Assembly: GCA_963751665.1 (NCBI GenBank)
Contig: CAVVVF010000009.1
Location: forward strand, 107,344 to 171,343
Direction: 5' to 3'
DNA from: an uncultured Actinomycetes bacterium
GTDB taxonomy: Bacteria > Actinomycetota > UBA4738 > HRBIN12
Length of the DNA: 64,000 bases
Shown: positions 10,803 through 22,627 of the stretch, piece by piece
Numbering within the stretch: the stretch's first letter is position 1
How the letters are laid out: every line of letters starts with the position of its first letter
Notes under the pieces: model-generated
The model's input: only the letters and a program-made list of their open reading frames with translations
What the model was told of the DNA's origin: nothing
Database searches by the model: none
Translations under genes and position numbers: made by a program

Positions 10803-11960
10803 TCAGCCGACGCCGGAGCCGACCTCGGTCTGCACCTCCTGGGGGAGCGACGTCGGCGAGGGTGGAGCGGGCGCCCGGCTCGCCGCGGCCGTCACGCCCG
10901 AGACGAGTGGCACGCTCGCGTCGGTACGAACGTCGAAGGCCGTGAGGTCCAGCGCCTCCCCACATCCTCCCGTGCCCACCAGCACCTGCGAGCGGTCGAG
11001 CCAGCCCAGCACCCGCGTGGGCCCGGACGCATCGGGAAGGACCGGGATCAGCCGGCGGTCCGCCCCACGTACCATGGCCCGGCTGTCGGCGCAGGAGGTT
11101 CCGAGCGTGAGTCCCAGGAATCGTCCCGTCCTGCTGGGCGGTTGGAACACCGACATGACGCGCTGGCCCGGCTGGCCCCTCCAGAGCCACCGGACGAAGC
11201 TGCGGTTCGCCAGGTCCAGGGCCAGGACCTCCGGGTGCCCGTCCGCGTGCTGGGCCGCGTAGACGAGCGCCCGCCCGTCCGGAGAGAACTCGAGCGCGCC
11301 GAACTCGGTCCCCTCCTTGCTGAACACCAGGCGCTTGGGGTCCTCCCCGAGGTTCGACGAGAGCCAGATCGATTGCCGGCCGTTGCGCTCCGCCACGAAA
11401 GCCAGGGCCAGGCCGGAGGGGTGGTAGGTCACGCTCAGATACGAGACCCCGTGCAACGGCGAGATGTCGAAGATCCCTTTTTGGTCGAGGTAGCGCTTGT
11501 CGAGCTCGGTCCCGTCGCCGGAGACGAACACCACGGCCGTGCCCATGGGATGGCCCCATGCCGCCGGGCCGGGCTGGACGTCGAGCGGGGCCCGGAGGGT
11601 CTGGCCGCCGATCGCCTCCATGTGCAGGCCGCCGAGGAGGACTCGATCCCCCAGCGGGCCCCACACGAAAGGCCCCGGGTCCGCTGCTTCGAACAGGCAG
11701 GTCAGCGCGCCGCTCGAGGGATCGAGGGCCCACGCCCGCCCCTCGGCGGCGAAGGCCACGGACTGGGCGGCCTTGGATGAGCGATTGGGACAGCCCTTGG
11801 GCAGCGGGTCTCCTGAGGCGAGGAGCGTCCGAACGCCTGGCGTCCCGGAGCCGGGCCCTCCGGTGTTCGGCGGGCCGCTGGGCGTGCCGGTCGAGGACGT
11901 GCAGGCCGCCAACACGACCAACGACGCGGCCAGTCCGGCTCGGAGCCTTCCCGCTCTCAC
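10803..11960 (-). CDS. Lipoprotein with TolB/PD40-like beta-propeller repeats
   Basis: GTG start at 11960. Signal peptide plus lipobox LVVLAAC. ..YHPSGLALAFVAERNGRQSIWL..LEFSPDGRALVYAA.. repeats. Confidence 0.6.
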   Translation of the reverse strand: MRAGRLRAGLAASLVVLAACTSSTGTPSGPPNTGGPGSGTPGVRTLLASGDPLPKGCPNRSSKAAQSVAFAAEGRAWALDPSSGALTCLFEAADPGPFVWGPLGDRVLLGGLHMEAIGGQTLRAPLDVQPGPAAWGHPMGTAVVFVSGDGTELDKRYLDQKGIFDISPLHGVSYLSVTYHPSGLALAFVAERNGRQSIWLSSNLGEDPKRLVFSKEGTEFGALEFSPDGRALVYAAQHADGHPEVLALDLANRSFVRWLWRGQPGQRVMSVFQPPSRTGRFLGLTLGTSCADSRAMVRGADRRLIPVLPDASGPTRVLGWLDRSQVLVGTGGCGEALDLTAFDVRTDASVPLVSGVTAAASRAPAPPSPTSLPQEVQTEVGSGVG

Positions 11961-12061
11961 AGACTCTCCCAACGGCCAACTGTACCGCCTGACCACCGCC
12001 GCAGGAGCCCGGTTCCCGCGCAGCGCGTGTTTGTGGTTCGCTGAGCCGTCGGAGGGTCGCG

Positions 12062-12685
12062 ATGAGCCAGGTCGAGATCGGGTCCGGCCGGGTCGCGCTG
12101 CCCGGCGAGCTGACGGTCCCTCCTGATGCCGTCGGGATCGCCGTGTTCGCGCATGGCACCGGGAGCAGCCGCCTGTCGCCACGGAACGTCGCCGTGGCCC
12201 GAGCGCTGAACGAACGGGGGATCGCCACGCTGTTGTTCGATCTGCTCACGCCGGCGGAGGCCAACGAGCGCGGGAACGTGTTCGACATCGATCTCCTGTC
12301 CGACCGGCTCGAAGCCGCCGTCCGGTGGGCCATGGCCCGGCAGGAAACGGCAGGGCTCCCCGTCGGCCTGTTCGGCGCCAGCACCGGCGCGGCCGCGGCC
12401 CTGGTCGTCTCGGCGCGCCTCTCGCCGGGGATCGCCGCCGTGGTCTCTCGAGGAGGTCGTCCCGACCTGGCGGGTGCGGCCCTGGAACAGGTCACCGGCC
12501 CGACGCTCCTCGTCGTCGGGGGCGAGGACCCCGTGGTGGTGGAGGTGAATCGTGAGGCCTTACTGCTGCTCCGCTCCAAGAAGCGCCTGGAGGTGATCCC
12601 AGGCGCGGGTCACCTGTTCGAGGAACCGGGAGCCCTGGAACGCGTCGCCGAGCTCGCCGCGGATTGGTTCCTCCGGCACTTCTAG
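12062..12685 (+). CDS. Dienelactone-hydrolase-like alpha/beta hydrolase
   Basis: ..VFAHGTGSSR..GLFGASTGAAAAL..VVGGEDP..PGAGHLF... Confidence 0.75.
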   Translation: MSQVEIGSGRVALPGELTVPPDAVGIAVFAHGTGSSRLSPRNVAVARALNERGIATLLFDLLTPAEANERGNVFDIDLLSDRLEAAVRWAMARQETAGLPVGLFGASTGAAAALVVSARLSPGIAAVVSRGGRPDLAGAALEQVTGPTLLVVGGEDPVVVEVNREALLLLRSKKRLEVIPGAGHLFEEPGALERVAELAADWFLRHF

Positions 12686-13372
12686 GCTGGAGTTGGGCCA
12701 GGCCCTTCGGCGAGGTTGCGGGCGGCGGCGACCTGCTCCGCGATCCGTGTCATCACGAGCGTCGTGAAGGCCTGGATGTCGTCGAGGGACGAGGGGTCGC
12801 CCTTCGGCTCGATGGGCGGGCCGAACGTGAGGGCCACCGACGGTCGGAGCGGCCGGCGGAAGGTCAGCCCGGTCCGGGGCCACCGGACCTGAGTCCCCCA
12901 GATGCCGACCGGGATGACCGGCGCGCCGGCGGCGAGCGCGATGCGGGCCACGCCCGTCCGTCCACGAAGGAGCGGGGCGCCCGGACGCGGGTTCACCGTC
13001 CCCTCGGGGAAGATCCCGGCGATGGCCCCGGTCTGAACGGTGGCAACCGCCTCGTCCAATGCGCCGGAATCGCCCATCCCCCGGCGGATGGGGATCTGCT
13101 TGAACCTCCGGAGCCAGAACCCGTGGAACCGCTTGTCGAAGAACTCCGCCGCCACGAGGTACCTGGTGGGGCGACCTCGCTGGGCCACCAGGTACGCGAG
13201 CAGGATGCCGTCGAGGGCACTCACATGGTTCGCCGCCAGGATGGCCGGGCCGCTTCGAGGGATCCGTTCGACGACCTGCCGACCGGATCCGGAAGAGGAG
13301 CCGGAGCGCCGGCCCGACGATGGCGAGCCCGGCCCGCCACCACCCGTTCAGCTCTGGCTCGGACCCCGGCAC
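12682..13372 (-). CDS. plsC: 1-acyl-sn-glycerol-3-phosphate acyltransferase family (frame change near 13270)
   Basis: ..AILAANH(M/V)SALDGILL (HxxxxD block) and ..IFPEGT.. block. The N-terminal 35 aa are in another frame. Confidence 0.7.
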
Positions 13373-13407
13373 GGCCGGATGCTACCGGCCGTGCCGGGGT
13401 CCGCGCC

Positions 13408-14793
13408 CTACTCGCTTCCCGTCCGGGCGACCTCGCCGTTCCCGGCCCGGGAGAGCTCCAGGACCCGGCGAGCCGTCTCCAGGAAGATGACCTCGGGGAT
13501 CTCGATCTCTCGGTCGCCGTCCCGGATCACGTAGGTGCCCTCGCCGGCAGCGCCGACCGGCGTGGCCACGCGCTCGGTCCAGGCGTAGGCGGCCTCGCCG
13601 TGCTGCGACAGGTCGAGCCCGACCTCCTCGTCGTCCTCGCTCGCGCGAAGGCCGACCAGCAGGTCGGTGACCTTCAGGATCAGCCACGTCGCGGCGAACG
13701 AGAAGACCAGCGTCACGCCGACGGCCACCGCCTGCCTGCCGAGCTGCGCGATGCCGCCCGCGGCACCCGCGGGGTTGATGGCCAGGCTGGCGAACACCCC
13801 GGTCAGGAGCGCTCCGAGGATCCCTCCGACCATGTGCACGCCGACCACGTCGAGCGAGTCGTCGTAGCCGAGCCGCGACTTCAGGCCGACCGCGACGTAG
13901 CACACCGCCCCTGCCGCCAGGCCGATTGCGATCGCAGGCAGCGGGCCCACGTAGCCGGAGGCGGGGGTGATGGCCACGAGCCCCGCCACGGCGCCGGTGG
14001 CCGCGCCGATCGTGGTGGCCTTGCCGTGCTGGAGCCACTCGGGGATCAGCCACCCGAGCACCGCCGCGGCCGCGCCGAGCTGCGTGGCCACGAACGCGCT
14101 GCTGGCCAGGCCGCCGGCGGCCAGGGCGCTCCCCGCGTTGAACCCGAACCATCCGAACCACAGGATGCCGGCGCCGAGGATCACCATCGGCACGTTGTGG
14201 GGGACGAAGGCCCTCGATCCGTGCCCCCGTCGCTTCCCCAGGTACAGGATCGCGGCCAGCGCGGCGACGCCCGCGTTGATGTGCACAACCGTTCCGCCTG
14301 CGAAGTCGATGGCCCCCACCCCGTTCGCTCCCAGGAACCCCCCGCCCCATACCCAATGCGCGAGCGGCGCGTACACCAGCACCGACCACAGAACCAGGAA
14401 CAGCAGGTACCCGGAGAACTTCATGCGCTCGGCGAACGCTCCGGTGATGAGGGCCGGCGTGATGATGGCGAACATCAGCTGGAACGCCATGAACGCGCTG
14501 GCCGGCACGGTGGGGGCGAGCGCGCTCGGCTCGGCGCCTACGCCGTTCAGTCCCAGGAAGTTCAGTCCACCGATGACCAGCCCGCGGTCCGGCCCGAAGG
14601 CCAGCGTGTACCCCACCAGGACCCAGACCACGGAGACCACGGACAGGGCCACGAACGACTGCATCACGATGCCAAGCACGTTCTTGGCCCGAACCAAGCC
14701 CCCGTAGAACAGCGCGAGGCCCGGGGTCATGAACATGACCAGCGCCGCGGCGGCCAGCAGCCACGCGGTATCGCCAGGAACGACCTTCGGCAC
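13408..14793 (-). CDS. amt: Ammonium transporter (Amt family) with a ~50-aa C-terminal extension
   Basis: ..MTPGLALFYGGLVRAKN..DFAGGTVVHINAG..WFGFNAGSA..GVHMVGGILG... GTG start at 14793 after GGGGG. Confidence 0.9.
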   Translation of the reverse strand: MPKVVPGDTAWLLAAAALVMFMTPGLALFYGGLVRAKNVLGIVMQSFVALSVVSVVWVLVGYTLAFGPDRGLVIGGLNFLGLNGVGAEPSALAPTVPASAFMAFQLMFAIITPALITGAFAERMKFSGYLLFLVLWSVLVYAPLAHWVWGGGFLGANGVGAIDFAGGTVVHINAGVAALAAILYLGKRRGHGSRAFVPHNVPMVILGAGILWFGWFGFNAGSALAAGGLASSAFVATQLGAAAAVLGWLIPEWLQHGKATTIGAATGAVAGLVAITPASGYVGPLPAIAIGLAAGAVCYVAVGLKSRLGYDDSLDVVGVHMVGGILGALLTGVFASLAINPAGAAGGIAQLGRQAVAVGVTLVFSFAATWLILKVTDLLVGLRASEDDEEVGLDLSQHGEAAYAWTERVATPVGAAGEGTYVIRDGDREIEIPEVIFLETARRVLELSRAGNGEVARTGSE

Positions 14794-14839
14794 GGCACAC
14801 CCCCTTTTGACCGGTTCTCCGGAGTTATAGGCGGTGGCT

Positions 14840-14877
14840 GTTTCGCCGCAATATCCGACGTGTTTCGAGTGCGTTAA
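14840..14877 (-). promoter_or_regulatory. GlnR-type box upstream of amt
   Basis: The minus strand reads TTAAC-n6-GAAAC-n6-GATAT-n6-GAAAC, the spacing and half-sites of the actinobacterial GlnR box (gTnAc-n6-GaAAc, duplicated). It lies ~47 nt upstream of the amt start. Confidence 0.45.
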
Positions 14878-14934
14878 CGATGCCAGGCCCGGCCTCGAAC
14901 CCCCGCCCACCGGCGCGCTCCTATACTTCGGCCC

Positions 14935-16108
14935 GTGGACCCCCAGGAGCTCCAGCGGATCGCCGCGCGCCGGTACGAGGACTTCCTCGAGGACCTCCGC
15001 GCCATGGTGAACGTGGACTGCGGCTCGTACACGCCGGAGGGCGTGAACGAGATCGCCGACCTGTGCCAGGCGCGGTTCGAGGCCGGCGGATGGAAGGTGG
15101 AGCGGATCCCGCACGCGCCGAGCGGCGGCGAGCCGCAGCTCGGCGACCTCGTGATCGGACGGCTCGACGGGGGAGGCGGTCCGCGCGTCCTGATGATCGG
15201 CCACACCGACACCGTCTTCGAGCCGGGAACGGCGGCCGAACGCCCCTTCCAGATCGAGGGCGACCGTGCGACGGGCCCCGGCGTCTCCGACATGAAGGGC
15301 GGCCTGCTCACCGGGTTCTTCGCGGTGGAGGTCCTTCGGGAGGCCGGGTTCGACGGGTTCGGCTCCATCACCTACATCTGCAACCCCGACGAGGAGATCG
15401 GCTCGCCCTTCTCCCGCTCGCACATCCAGCAGGCGGCCACGGACGCGGACGCCGCGTTCGTCCTGGAGGGCGCGCGGGAGAACGGGGACATCGTGTCGGC
15501 CCGAAAGGGGGTCTCGGACTTCCGGATCGAGATCCTCGGGCCGGGCCGCCCACGCCGGCGTCGAGCCGGAACGGGGACGAAGCGCGATCCTGGAGGCCGC
15601 CCACGAGGTCATCGCGCTGCACGAGCTGAACGGCCGGTGGCCCGGCGTCACCGTCAACGCCGGCGTGATCGAGGGTGGGACCAGGCCGAACGTCGTCGCC
15701 GAACGGTGCGTCCTGCACGTCGACGTCCGCTCCCCGCACGAGGACACGCTCGCGGCCGCCGAGGCCGAGGTGCGGCGGATCGCGAACGCCACCACCGTCC
15801 CGGACGTACGAGTGAACGTGGACGGCGGAGGGTGGCACCGGCCGATGGAGAAGAGCGAGGCCGGGGCCCGGCTCGCGGAGCTGGCCATCGGGGTGGCGAA
15901 GGACCTCGGGTTCGAGCTGCGCGACGCGGCGACCGGCGGCGCCTCCGACGCCAACACCACGTCGGCGGCGGGCGTCCCGACCCTGGACGGCCTGGGCCCG
16001 GTGGGCGGCGACGACCACGGACCGAGGGAGTGGATCGACCTCACGAGCGTGGTTCCTCGTATCTCGCTCCTGGCAGGGATAATCTCCAGGCTCGGCACGC
16101 TTCCCTAG
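14935..16108 (+). CDS. M20-family metallopeptidase (carboxypeptidase G2-like; frame change near 15545)
   Basis: ..LMIGHTDTVF..GPGVSDMKGG..NPDEEIGS.., then after the frame shift ..AAHAGVEPERGRSA..GGASDAN... Confidence 0.75.
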
Positions 16109-16120
16109 GGGGCTCCACCG

Positions 16121-16603
16121 ATGGACATCTCCACCGTCCGGTTCGAGAAGCCGGAGGAGCTGAACTTCATCCTCGGGCAGTCGCACTTCATCAAGACCGT
16201 GGAGGACCTCCACGAGGCGCTCGTGCAGTCGTCGCCCTCGCTCAAGTTCGGCATCGCGTTCTGCGAATCGAGCGGCCCGAGGCTGGTGCGGTGGAGCGGC
16301 AACGACCAGGAGCTGATCGACCTGGCGGTGAAGAACGCGAAGGCCATCGGGGCCGGCCATGCGTTCGTGGTCCTGCTGAAGGACGGGTTCCCCATCAGCG
16401 TGCTGAACGCCATCAAGTCGCTCCCCGAGGTGTGCACCGTGTACTGCGCCACGGCCAACCCCGTGGAGGTTGTCGTGGGGGAGACCGAGCAGGGCCGCGG
16501 GATCCTCGGCGTGATCGACGGGGGCTCGCCGCTCGGCGTGGAGAACGAGGACGACATCGGTGAGCGCAAGGCGATGCTGCGTCGGTTCGGGTACAAGCTG
16601 TGA
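16121..16603 (+). CDS. Adenosine-specific kinase family protein (former DUF355)
   Basis: ..[77 protein letters not shown] matches the family end to end. Confidence 0.7.
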   Translation: MDISTVRFEKPEELNFILGQSHFIKTVEDLHEALVQSSPSLKFGIAFCESSGPRLVRWSGNDQELIDLAVKNAKAIGAGHAFVVLLKDGFPISVLNAIKSLPEVCTVYCATANPVEVVVGETEQGRGILGVIDGGSPLGVENEDDIGERKAMLRRFGYKL

Positions 16604-16610
16604 GCGCGAC

Positions 16611-17285
16611 GTGAGCAGGCCCCAGCGGCGATCGATCCTGGCCCGGCTGGAGGAGGCCCAGGAGGAGGAGCGCCGCCGGATCGCCGCCGACCTGCACGAC
16701 GACTCGATCCAGGTGATCACGGCGGCCGACCTTCGCCTCGCCGCGCTCGACCGGATGCTGGAGGATCCCGCCCTCAAGCGCGAGGTGGCCGAGATCCACC
16801 AGACCCTCCAGCTCGCGGTGGACCGGCTCCGCAAGCTCCTGTTCGAGCTGCTCCCTCCGGCCTTCGACCGGGAGGGATTGTCCACGGCGCTGGAGACCTA
16901 CATCGCCCACCGCGAGCCTGGCCTCGCGTTCGGCGTGAAGGACGAGCTGGACGGCGAACCACCGGAGGAGGTCCGGCGGACGCTGTTCCGGATGGGCCAG
17001 GAGGCCATCAACAACGCCCTGAAGCATGCCGGCGCGGCGCGCCTCGACGTGGTGCTCTCCTCCCAGGACGGTGGGATCAGGCTCCTGGTGGCCGACGACG
17101 GCCATGGCTTCGACATCGATGAGCTGGGGAAGCCGGCCCCCGGCCACATCGGACTGCCCACCATGGTGGAGCGAGCGGCGCTGGCCGGAGGATGGTGCCG
17201 GATAGACAGCAAGCCCGGCGGCGGCACCACAGTGGAGACCTGGCTCCCGGCGAGCGCCGGAACTTCGGGCGAGCAACCCGTGTAG
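16611..17285 (+). CDS. Histidine kinase core only (HisKA_3 + HATPase_c), no sensor or TM region
   Basis: ..EEERRRIAADLHDDSIQ.. (H-box), ..QEAINNALKHA.. (N-box), ..DDGHGF.., ..GHIGLPTMVERA... Confidence 0.7.
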   Translation: MSRPQRRSILARLEEAQEEERRRIAADLHDDSIQVITAADLRLAALDRMLEDPALKREVAEIHQTLQLAVDRLRKLLFELLPPAFDREGLSTALETYIAHREPGLAFGVKDELDGEPPEEVRRTLFRMGQEAINNALKHAGAARLDVVLSSQDGGIRLLVADDGHGFDIDELGKPAPGHIGLPTMVERAALAGGWCRIDSKPGGGTTVETWLPASAGTSGEQPV

Positions 17286-17297
17286 CGAAGCCCGCGG

Positions 17298-18488
<1,191 letters not shown>

Positions 18489-18491
18489 GCC

Positions 18492-19517
18492 TCAATCCTC
18501 CCTCGTGGCGGCGCTCAGGGTCCGCGACAGACGCTCGTGGGTCAAGACAGTCCGGAGCCGGGCCTTGGAGGCCTCCGGCGCGTCCATCCTGTCCAACCCC
18601 AGGAGGGCGGCCCCGGCCACCGGTGGCGCGGACAGCACGGTGACGCGAACGTCGGGAGCGATCCGGCGCAGCCCTTCCTCGATCCGATCGAAGAACGGTG
18701 CGAAGTCGTTGTGGAAGATCCCGCCACCCAGCACCACCGGGACGTCGAGCTTCGCCATCCGCAGCTTGCGGATGGCGGTGCCGGCCATGGCCACGATCTC
18801 GTCGGCCTGCCGGTGAAGGATGCTGCGCGCCACAACGTCGTTGGCGGCGGCCGCACGGAACACGACCGGAGGCAGCTCGGCCAGGCGGTCCCTGTCTATG
18901 CGGCCGAGATGGATGGCCTCCATGACGTGCCGGGGGCGCTTGAGCGCGAAATGCCACGGGACGAGCCCGGCGAGCTCGGTCTCATCCCCACGCCCGTCCT
19001 CGGCGCGGACGGCATACCAGAGCGCCATCCGCCCGATGTCCATCCCGCCGCCCCAGTCGCCGGAGATGTCGCCGATCGCCGGGAACCGGAACGTCCGGCC
19101 GTCGGGGGCGACGGCCGAGCAGTTGGTCCCGTAGCCGCAGACCACGCCCACGCCCCACGTCCGATCGGTCCCCGCGCGGAGGATGGCGAAGGTGTCGTTG
19201 CGGACCACATCGTCCTCGGTCCAGCCGTGCTTGGAGACCCAGCGCAGGATGCGGCGATCGTCGGCGGGCAGGTCCGCCCCTGCCAGGCAGTACGTACCGA
19301 GCCGGGCGACCGGCCGGTGGTCGGGATCCATGCCGGCCTCCCGGCAGGCCGCCTCCACGGTGACGGCGACGCCTTCCAGGTACGAGTAGCTGTGGGGCCC
19401 GTCGTGATCGCTGTTTCGTATCCGCACCGCCCCGACCAGGTTCCCGTCATCCGCCACCAGGGCCGCGTCGACCTTCGAGCCTCCGCCATCGACCGCGAGC
19501 ACGGCCGGGGGTTTCAC
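18492..19517 (-). CDS. BadF/BadG/BcrA/BcrD-type ATPase (N-acetylglucosamine-kinase-like)
   Basis: ..LAVDGGGSKVDAAL..GVVCGYGTN..LGGGIF... The GTG start overlaps the upstream stop (GTGA). Confidence 0.7.
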   Translation of the reverse strand: MKPPAVLAVDGGGSKVDAALVADDGNLVGAVRIRNSDHDGPHSYSYLEGVAVTVEAACREAGMDPDHRPVARLGTYCLAGADLPADDRRILRWVSKHGWTEDDVVRNDTFAILRAGTDRTWGVGVVCGYGTNCSAVAPDGRTFRFPAIGDISGDWGGGMDIGRMALWYAVRAEDGRGDETELAGLVPWHFALKRPRHVMEAIHLGRIDRDRLAELPPVVFRAAAANDVVARSILHRQADEIVAMAGTAIRKLRMAKLDVPVVLGGGIFHNDFAPFFDRIEEGLRRIAPDVRVTVLSAPPVAGAALLGLDRMDAPEASKARLRTVLTHERLSRTLSAATRED

Positions 19518-20129
19518 GGCAGGGACTCCAGCTCGTCCACGGCGGCGAACCGGGCACCGTCCTCCGCCAGCTGCTTGAGGATCCGGGGGAGAGCGTCGGC
19601 GGTGGAGCCGGGCCACGTGTGCAAGAGGACGACGGCGCCATCGCCGTGCTCGGCGACGCCCTGGAGGGTGATCCGCTCGACGTCCTCGGGAGTTCGTGCG
19701 GGGTCCCAGTCGAGCCCCTCGACCTTCCAGTGGACGTTGCGATAGCCCAGGCCTTCGAGGGTCGCGAGCACCCGGAGATCGTCGCGGCCGTCCCCGAACG
19801 GGCACCGGAACCAGGGACGTGGATCGACGCCGGTGAGGTCGCGGATGGCCACTTCGGCCTCTCGCACGTCGGTTCGGATGCCCTCGTCGGTGAGCAGGGT
19901 CATGCGGGCGTGGTACTTCGAGTGGTTCGCGATCAGATGGCCGTCGCTGACGATCCGCTTCGCGCGTCTCGGGCTCCGACTCGGCCCACCGGCCCTGGAT
20001 GAAGAACGTGGCCCGGGCGCCGTTTTCGTCGAGGGCATCGAGGATGCGCTCGGCGTTGCCGGGTGGGCAGTGGGGGCGATCGGGGTGCTCGGCGTCGAAG
20101 GTGAGCGCGACGCGAACCCCGTCACTCAC
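19514..20129 (-). CDS. Polysaccharide deacetylase (CE4; frame change near 19975)
   Basis: ..VALTFDAEHP..ARATFFIQG.. in one frame, then ..GHLIANHSKYH..PWFRCPFG..LLHTW.. in the next. Confidence 0.7.
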
Positions 20130-21189
20130 GGGTCGTCACCTTCGACGCCCGGGTGTACACGCCCGGCGCGCGGCCGCCGGCGGCTGCGAGCTTCCACGCG
20201 AGGAGCTGCACCGGGACGATCGCGACGGCGGGCATCAGCGCGCGGTCCTGATAGCCGGTGGCCAGGGCGTGCGCGCCCTTCGGCGACTCGCCGTCGGGGG
20301 TGATGACCAGCACGGCGGCGCCCGCCTCCACCAGGTCGGCGGCCAGGCCGAGGTCCAGCTGCCGGGTCTCCGGCTCGGTGGCCAGGACCATCGCGGCCAT
20401 CTCCGGCCCGGCCAGCTCCAGGGGGCCGTGGCGGAACTGCGCCGGACTGAAGGACTCGGCCATGACCCCGCACTCCTTCAAAGTGAGGGCGCCCATCTCG
20501 GCCGCGGCCCGTGCGGGGCCGCGGCCGAGCACCACAGCACGCCCGTCCCGACCAGGAACTCCGCCAGCTCGGCGGCGCTCGCCTCCGGGTCGTCCAGCAG
20601 CCGCTCCACGGCCTGGGCCGCACCCTCGGCCGCGGTCCGGGTGCGATCGATGGCGGGTCACGCCATCGCCCGCCACCAGCCGGCGATGCCCAGAGCTGCG
20701 CCATGGCCGCGACGAAGGTCATCGTGGAGGGCCCGGTCTCCTTTCCCACCCGAGGTGTCGAGCGCGATGTCCGCCCGCTTGCCAGGTCGTTGTCCAGGCC
20801 GTTCGTGATCGACACGACCGTGGGCCGCCGTCGCTGCTTCGACAGCTCCCCCACCAGCTTGACGATCTCGGCGCTCTCGCCGGATTGGCTGACGATGATG
20901 AGCAGGGTCTCGCGCAAAAGGATCGGCCGGCGGAAGTGCAGCAGCTCGGCGGTGTCGACCAGGAGCGAGGGCACGCCTCGCCCGGCGAGGTCGTTCACCG
21001 CCGGATAGCAAGCGTCGTAGGAGCTCCCCATCCCGGTGAACACGACCGTGCGCGCCGTGGTGCCCGCTTCACGGATCTCCTCCAGGGCCGACGCTGCTCC
21101 AGCAGGGCCGTCGCGGCGCGCCGGAGGGCCTCGGGCTGGCGGGCGATCTCTCCCAGGAAAGGGTCAGGAAAGTTTCCTAACGATTTCAC
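20122..21189 (-). CDS. Double-SIS-domain sugar-phosphate isomerase/deaminase (GlmS C-terminal/AgaS-like; about 4 frame changes)
   Basis: MKSLGNFPDPFLGEIARQPEAL.. / ..FTGMGSSYDACYPA..IIVSQSGESAEIV..VVSITN.. / ..GALTLKECGVMAESFSPAQFRHGP.. are recovered from three frames. Confidence 0.65.
21164..21180. promoter_or_regulatory. Palindromic operator copy 1 (core AGGAAAGTTTCCT, 21166-21178)
   Basis: Perfect 13-nt palindrome in the 25-bp divergent gap and first codons between the SIS gene (start 21189) and the GH4 gene (start 21215). Confidence 0.7.
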
Positions 21190-21214
21190 CTGACGGAGTG
21201 TACGATGCCGCGCG

Positions 21215-22506
21215 ATGGGTGTGAAGGTCGCCGTGGTCGGGTGGCGGGAGCACCTACACGCCCGAGCTGGTCGAGGGCTTCGTCACTCCGCGCCGACCGC
21301 GTCCCCGTCGACGATCTCGTGCTCCTCGACATCGACCCCGAGCGGCTGGAGGTCGTCGGTGGCCTGGCGGGCCGGATGCTCGCCAAGGCCGCGTACGAGG
21401 GCAGCGCTCGACGCTCACCGGCGATCGCGACCGGGCTCTCGAGGGCGCCGACTTCGTGCTCGTCCAGCTTCGGGTCGGCGGCCAGGCCGCGCGGTACCTG
21501 GACGAGACCATCCCGCCGAAGTTCGGCTGCATCGGCCAGGAGACCACCGGGCCGGGCGGGTTCGCCAAGGCGCTTCGCACCGTGCCCGTGGTCCTCGAGC
21601 TCGCCGAGGAGACGGAAAAGCGCGGCGCACCCGGCGCGTGGTTCGTCGACTTCACCAACCCCACCGGGATCGTGACCCAGGCGCTCCTCGACGAGGGGCA
21701 CCGGGCCATCGGCCTTTGCAACGTGGCCATCGGGTTCCAGCGGCGGTTCGCGGCGGCGTTCGGCGTGGAGCCCGAGCGAGTCGAGCTCGAGCACGTCGGC
21801 CTGAACCACCTGTCGTGGGAGCGCGCGGTTCGGGTGGACGGCGTGGACCGGCTGCCCGAGATCCTTTCGGAGCGGATCGAGCTCGTCGCCGACGAGACCG
21901 ACATGCCGGCTGAGCTGATCCAGACCCTCGGCGCCATCCCCTCCTACTACCTTCACTACTACTACCTGACCGACGAGGTCATCGAGCGGCAGCGGACCGA
22001 GCGCACCCGGGCCGAGGAGGTCATGGATATCGAGGCCGGCCTGCTCGAGACTGTACCGGGATCCGGACCTCGCCGAGAAGCCGGAGCTCCTGGAGCGCCG
22101 GGGCGGCGCGTTCTACAGCGAGGCCGCGGCGCAGCTGATCGCGTCGCTCCACGAGGGGACCGGCGACGTCCAGGTGGTGAACGTCCGAAACGACGGGGCG
22201 ATGCCCGACCTCCCCGACGACGCGGTGGTCGAGATCCTCGCGCGCATCGACCGTGAGGGCGCGCATCCCATCCCCGTCGCGCCCCTCGCGCCCGAGATGC
22301 TCGGCCTGGTGGAGCACGTCAAGGCGTACGAGCGACTGGCCGTCCAAGCCGCGATGACCGGCGATCGGACCATCGCGCTGAAGGCGCTGATGACGAACCC
22401 GCTGGTCCGGGACTACCGGACGGCGGCGCCGCTCCTCGATGCGCTGCTGGAGGCGAACCGCAAGCACCTGCCCGGCTTCTTCCCAGACCGGCCGCCGTTG
22501 CCTTGA
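21215..22506 (+). CDS. GH4-family 6-phospho-beta-glucosidase-like hydrolase (about 4 frame changes)
   Basis: MGVKVAVVG / GGGSTYTPELVEGF / ..DFVLVQLRVGG..GQETTGPGG..FTNPTGIVT..GLCN..GLNHLSW.. / ..RGGAFYSEAA..VNVRNDGAMPDLPDD... Confidence 0.75.
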
Positions 22507-22545
22507 CTTTCGCCGGGGGCCGGGCGTATCGTGCGGGCCATCCGG

Positions 22546-22561
22546 TAGGAAAGTTTCCTAA
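22546..22561. promoter_or_regulatory. Palindromic operator copy 2 (core 22547-22559)
   Basis: TAGGAAAGTTTCCTAA, about 69 nt upstream of the binding-protein gene at 22628. Confidence 0.7.
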
Positions 22562-22627
22562 CTAAGTTCAGCGGCTCGCGCTTGCACTGCTTGCGGGGAG
22601 CCTCGGACGGGAAGCGAGGGGGCCGGG

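Noticed and set aside
13408-16098. 896-aa minus-strand ORF suggesting a giant Amt fusion protein.
   Set aside because: Only the C-terminal ~460 aa are Amt. The N-terminal half is the antisense shadow of the M20 peptidase gene, and a GTG start with an RBS at 14793 fits the transporter.
18489-18492. msiK-type 5' UTR RNA motif upstream of the MsiK-like ATPase gene.
   Set aside because: The ATPase start is only 3 nt from the stop of the upstream BadF-type gene, so there is no leader in which such a motif could reside.
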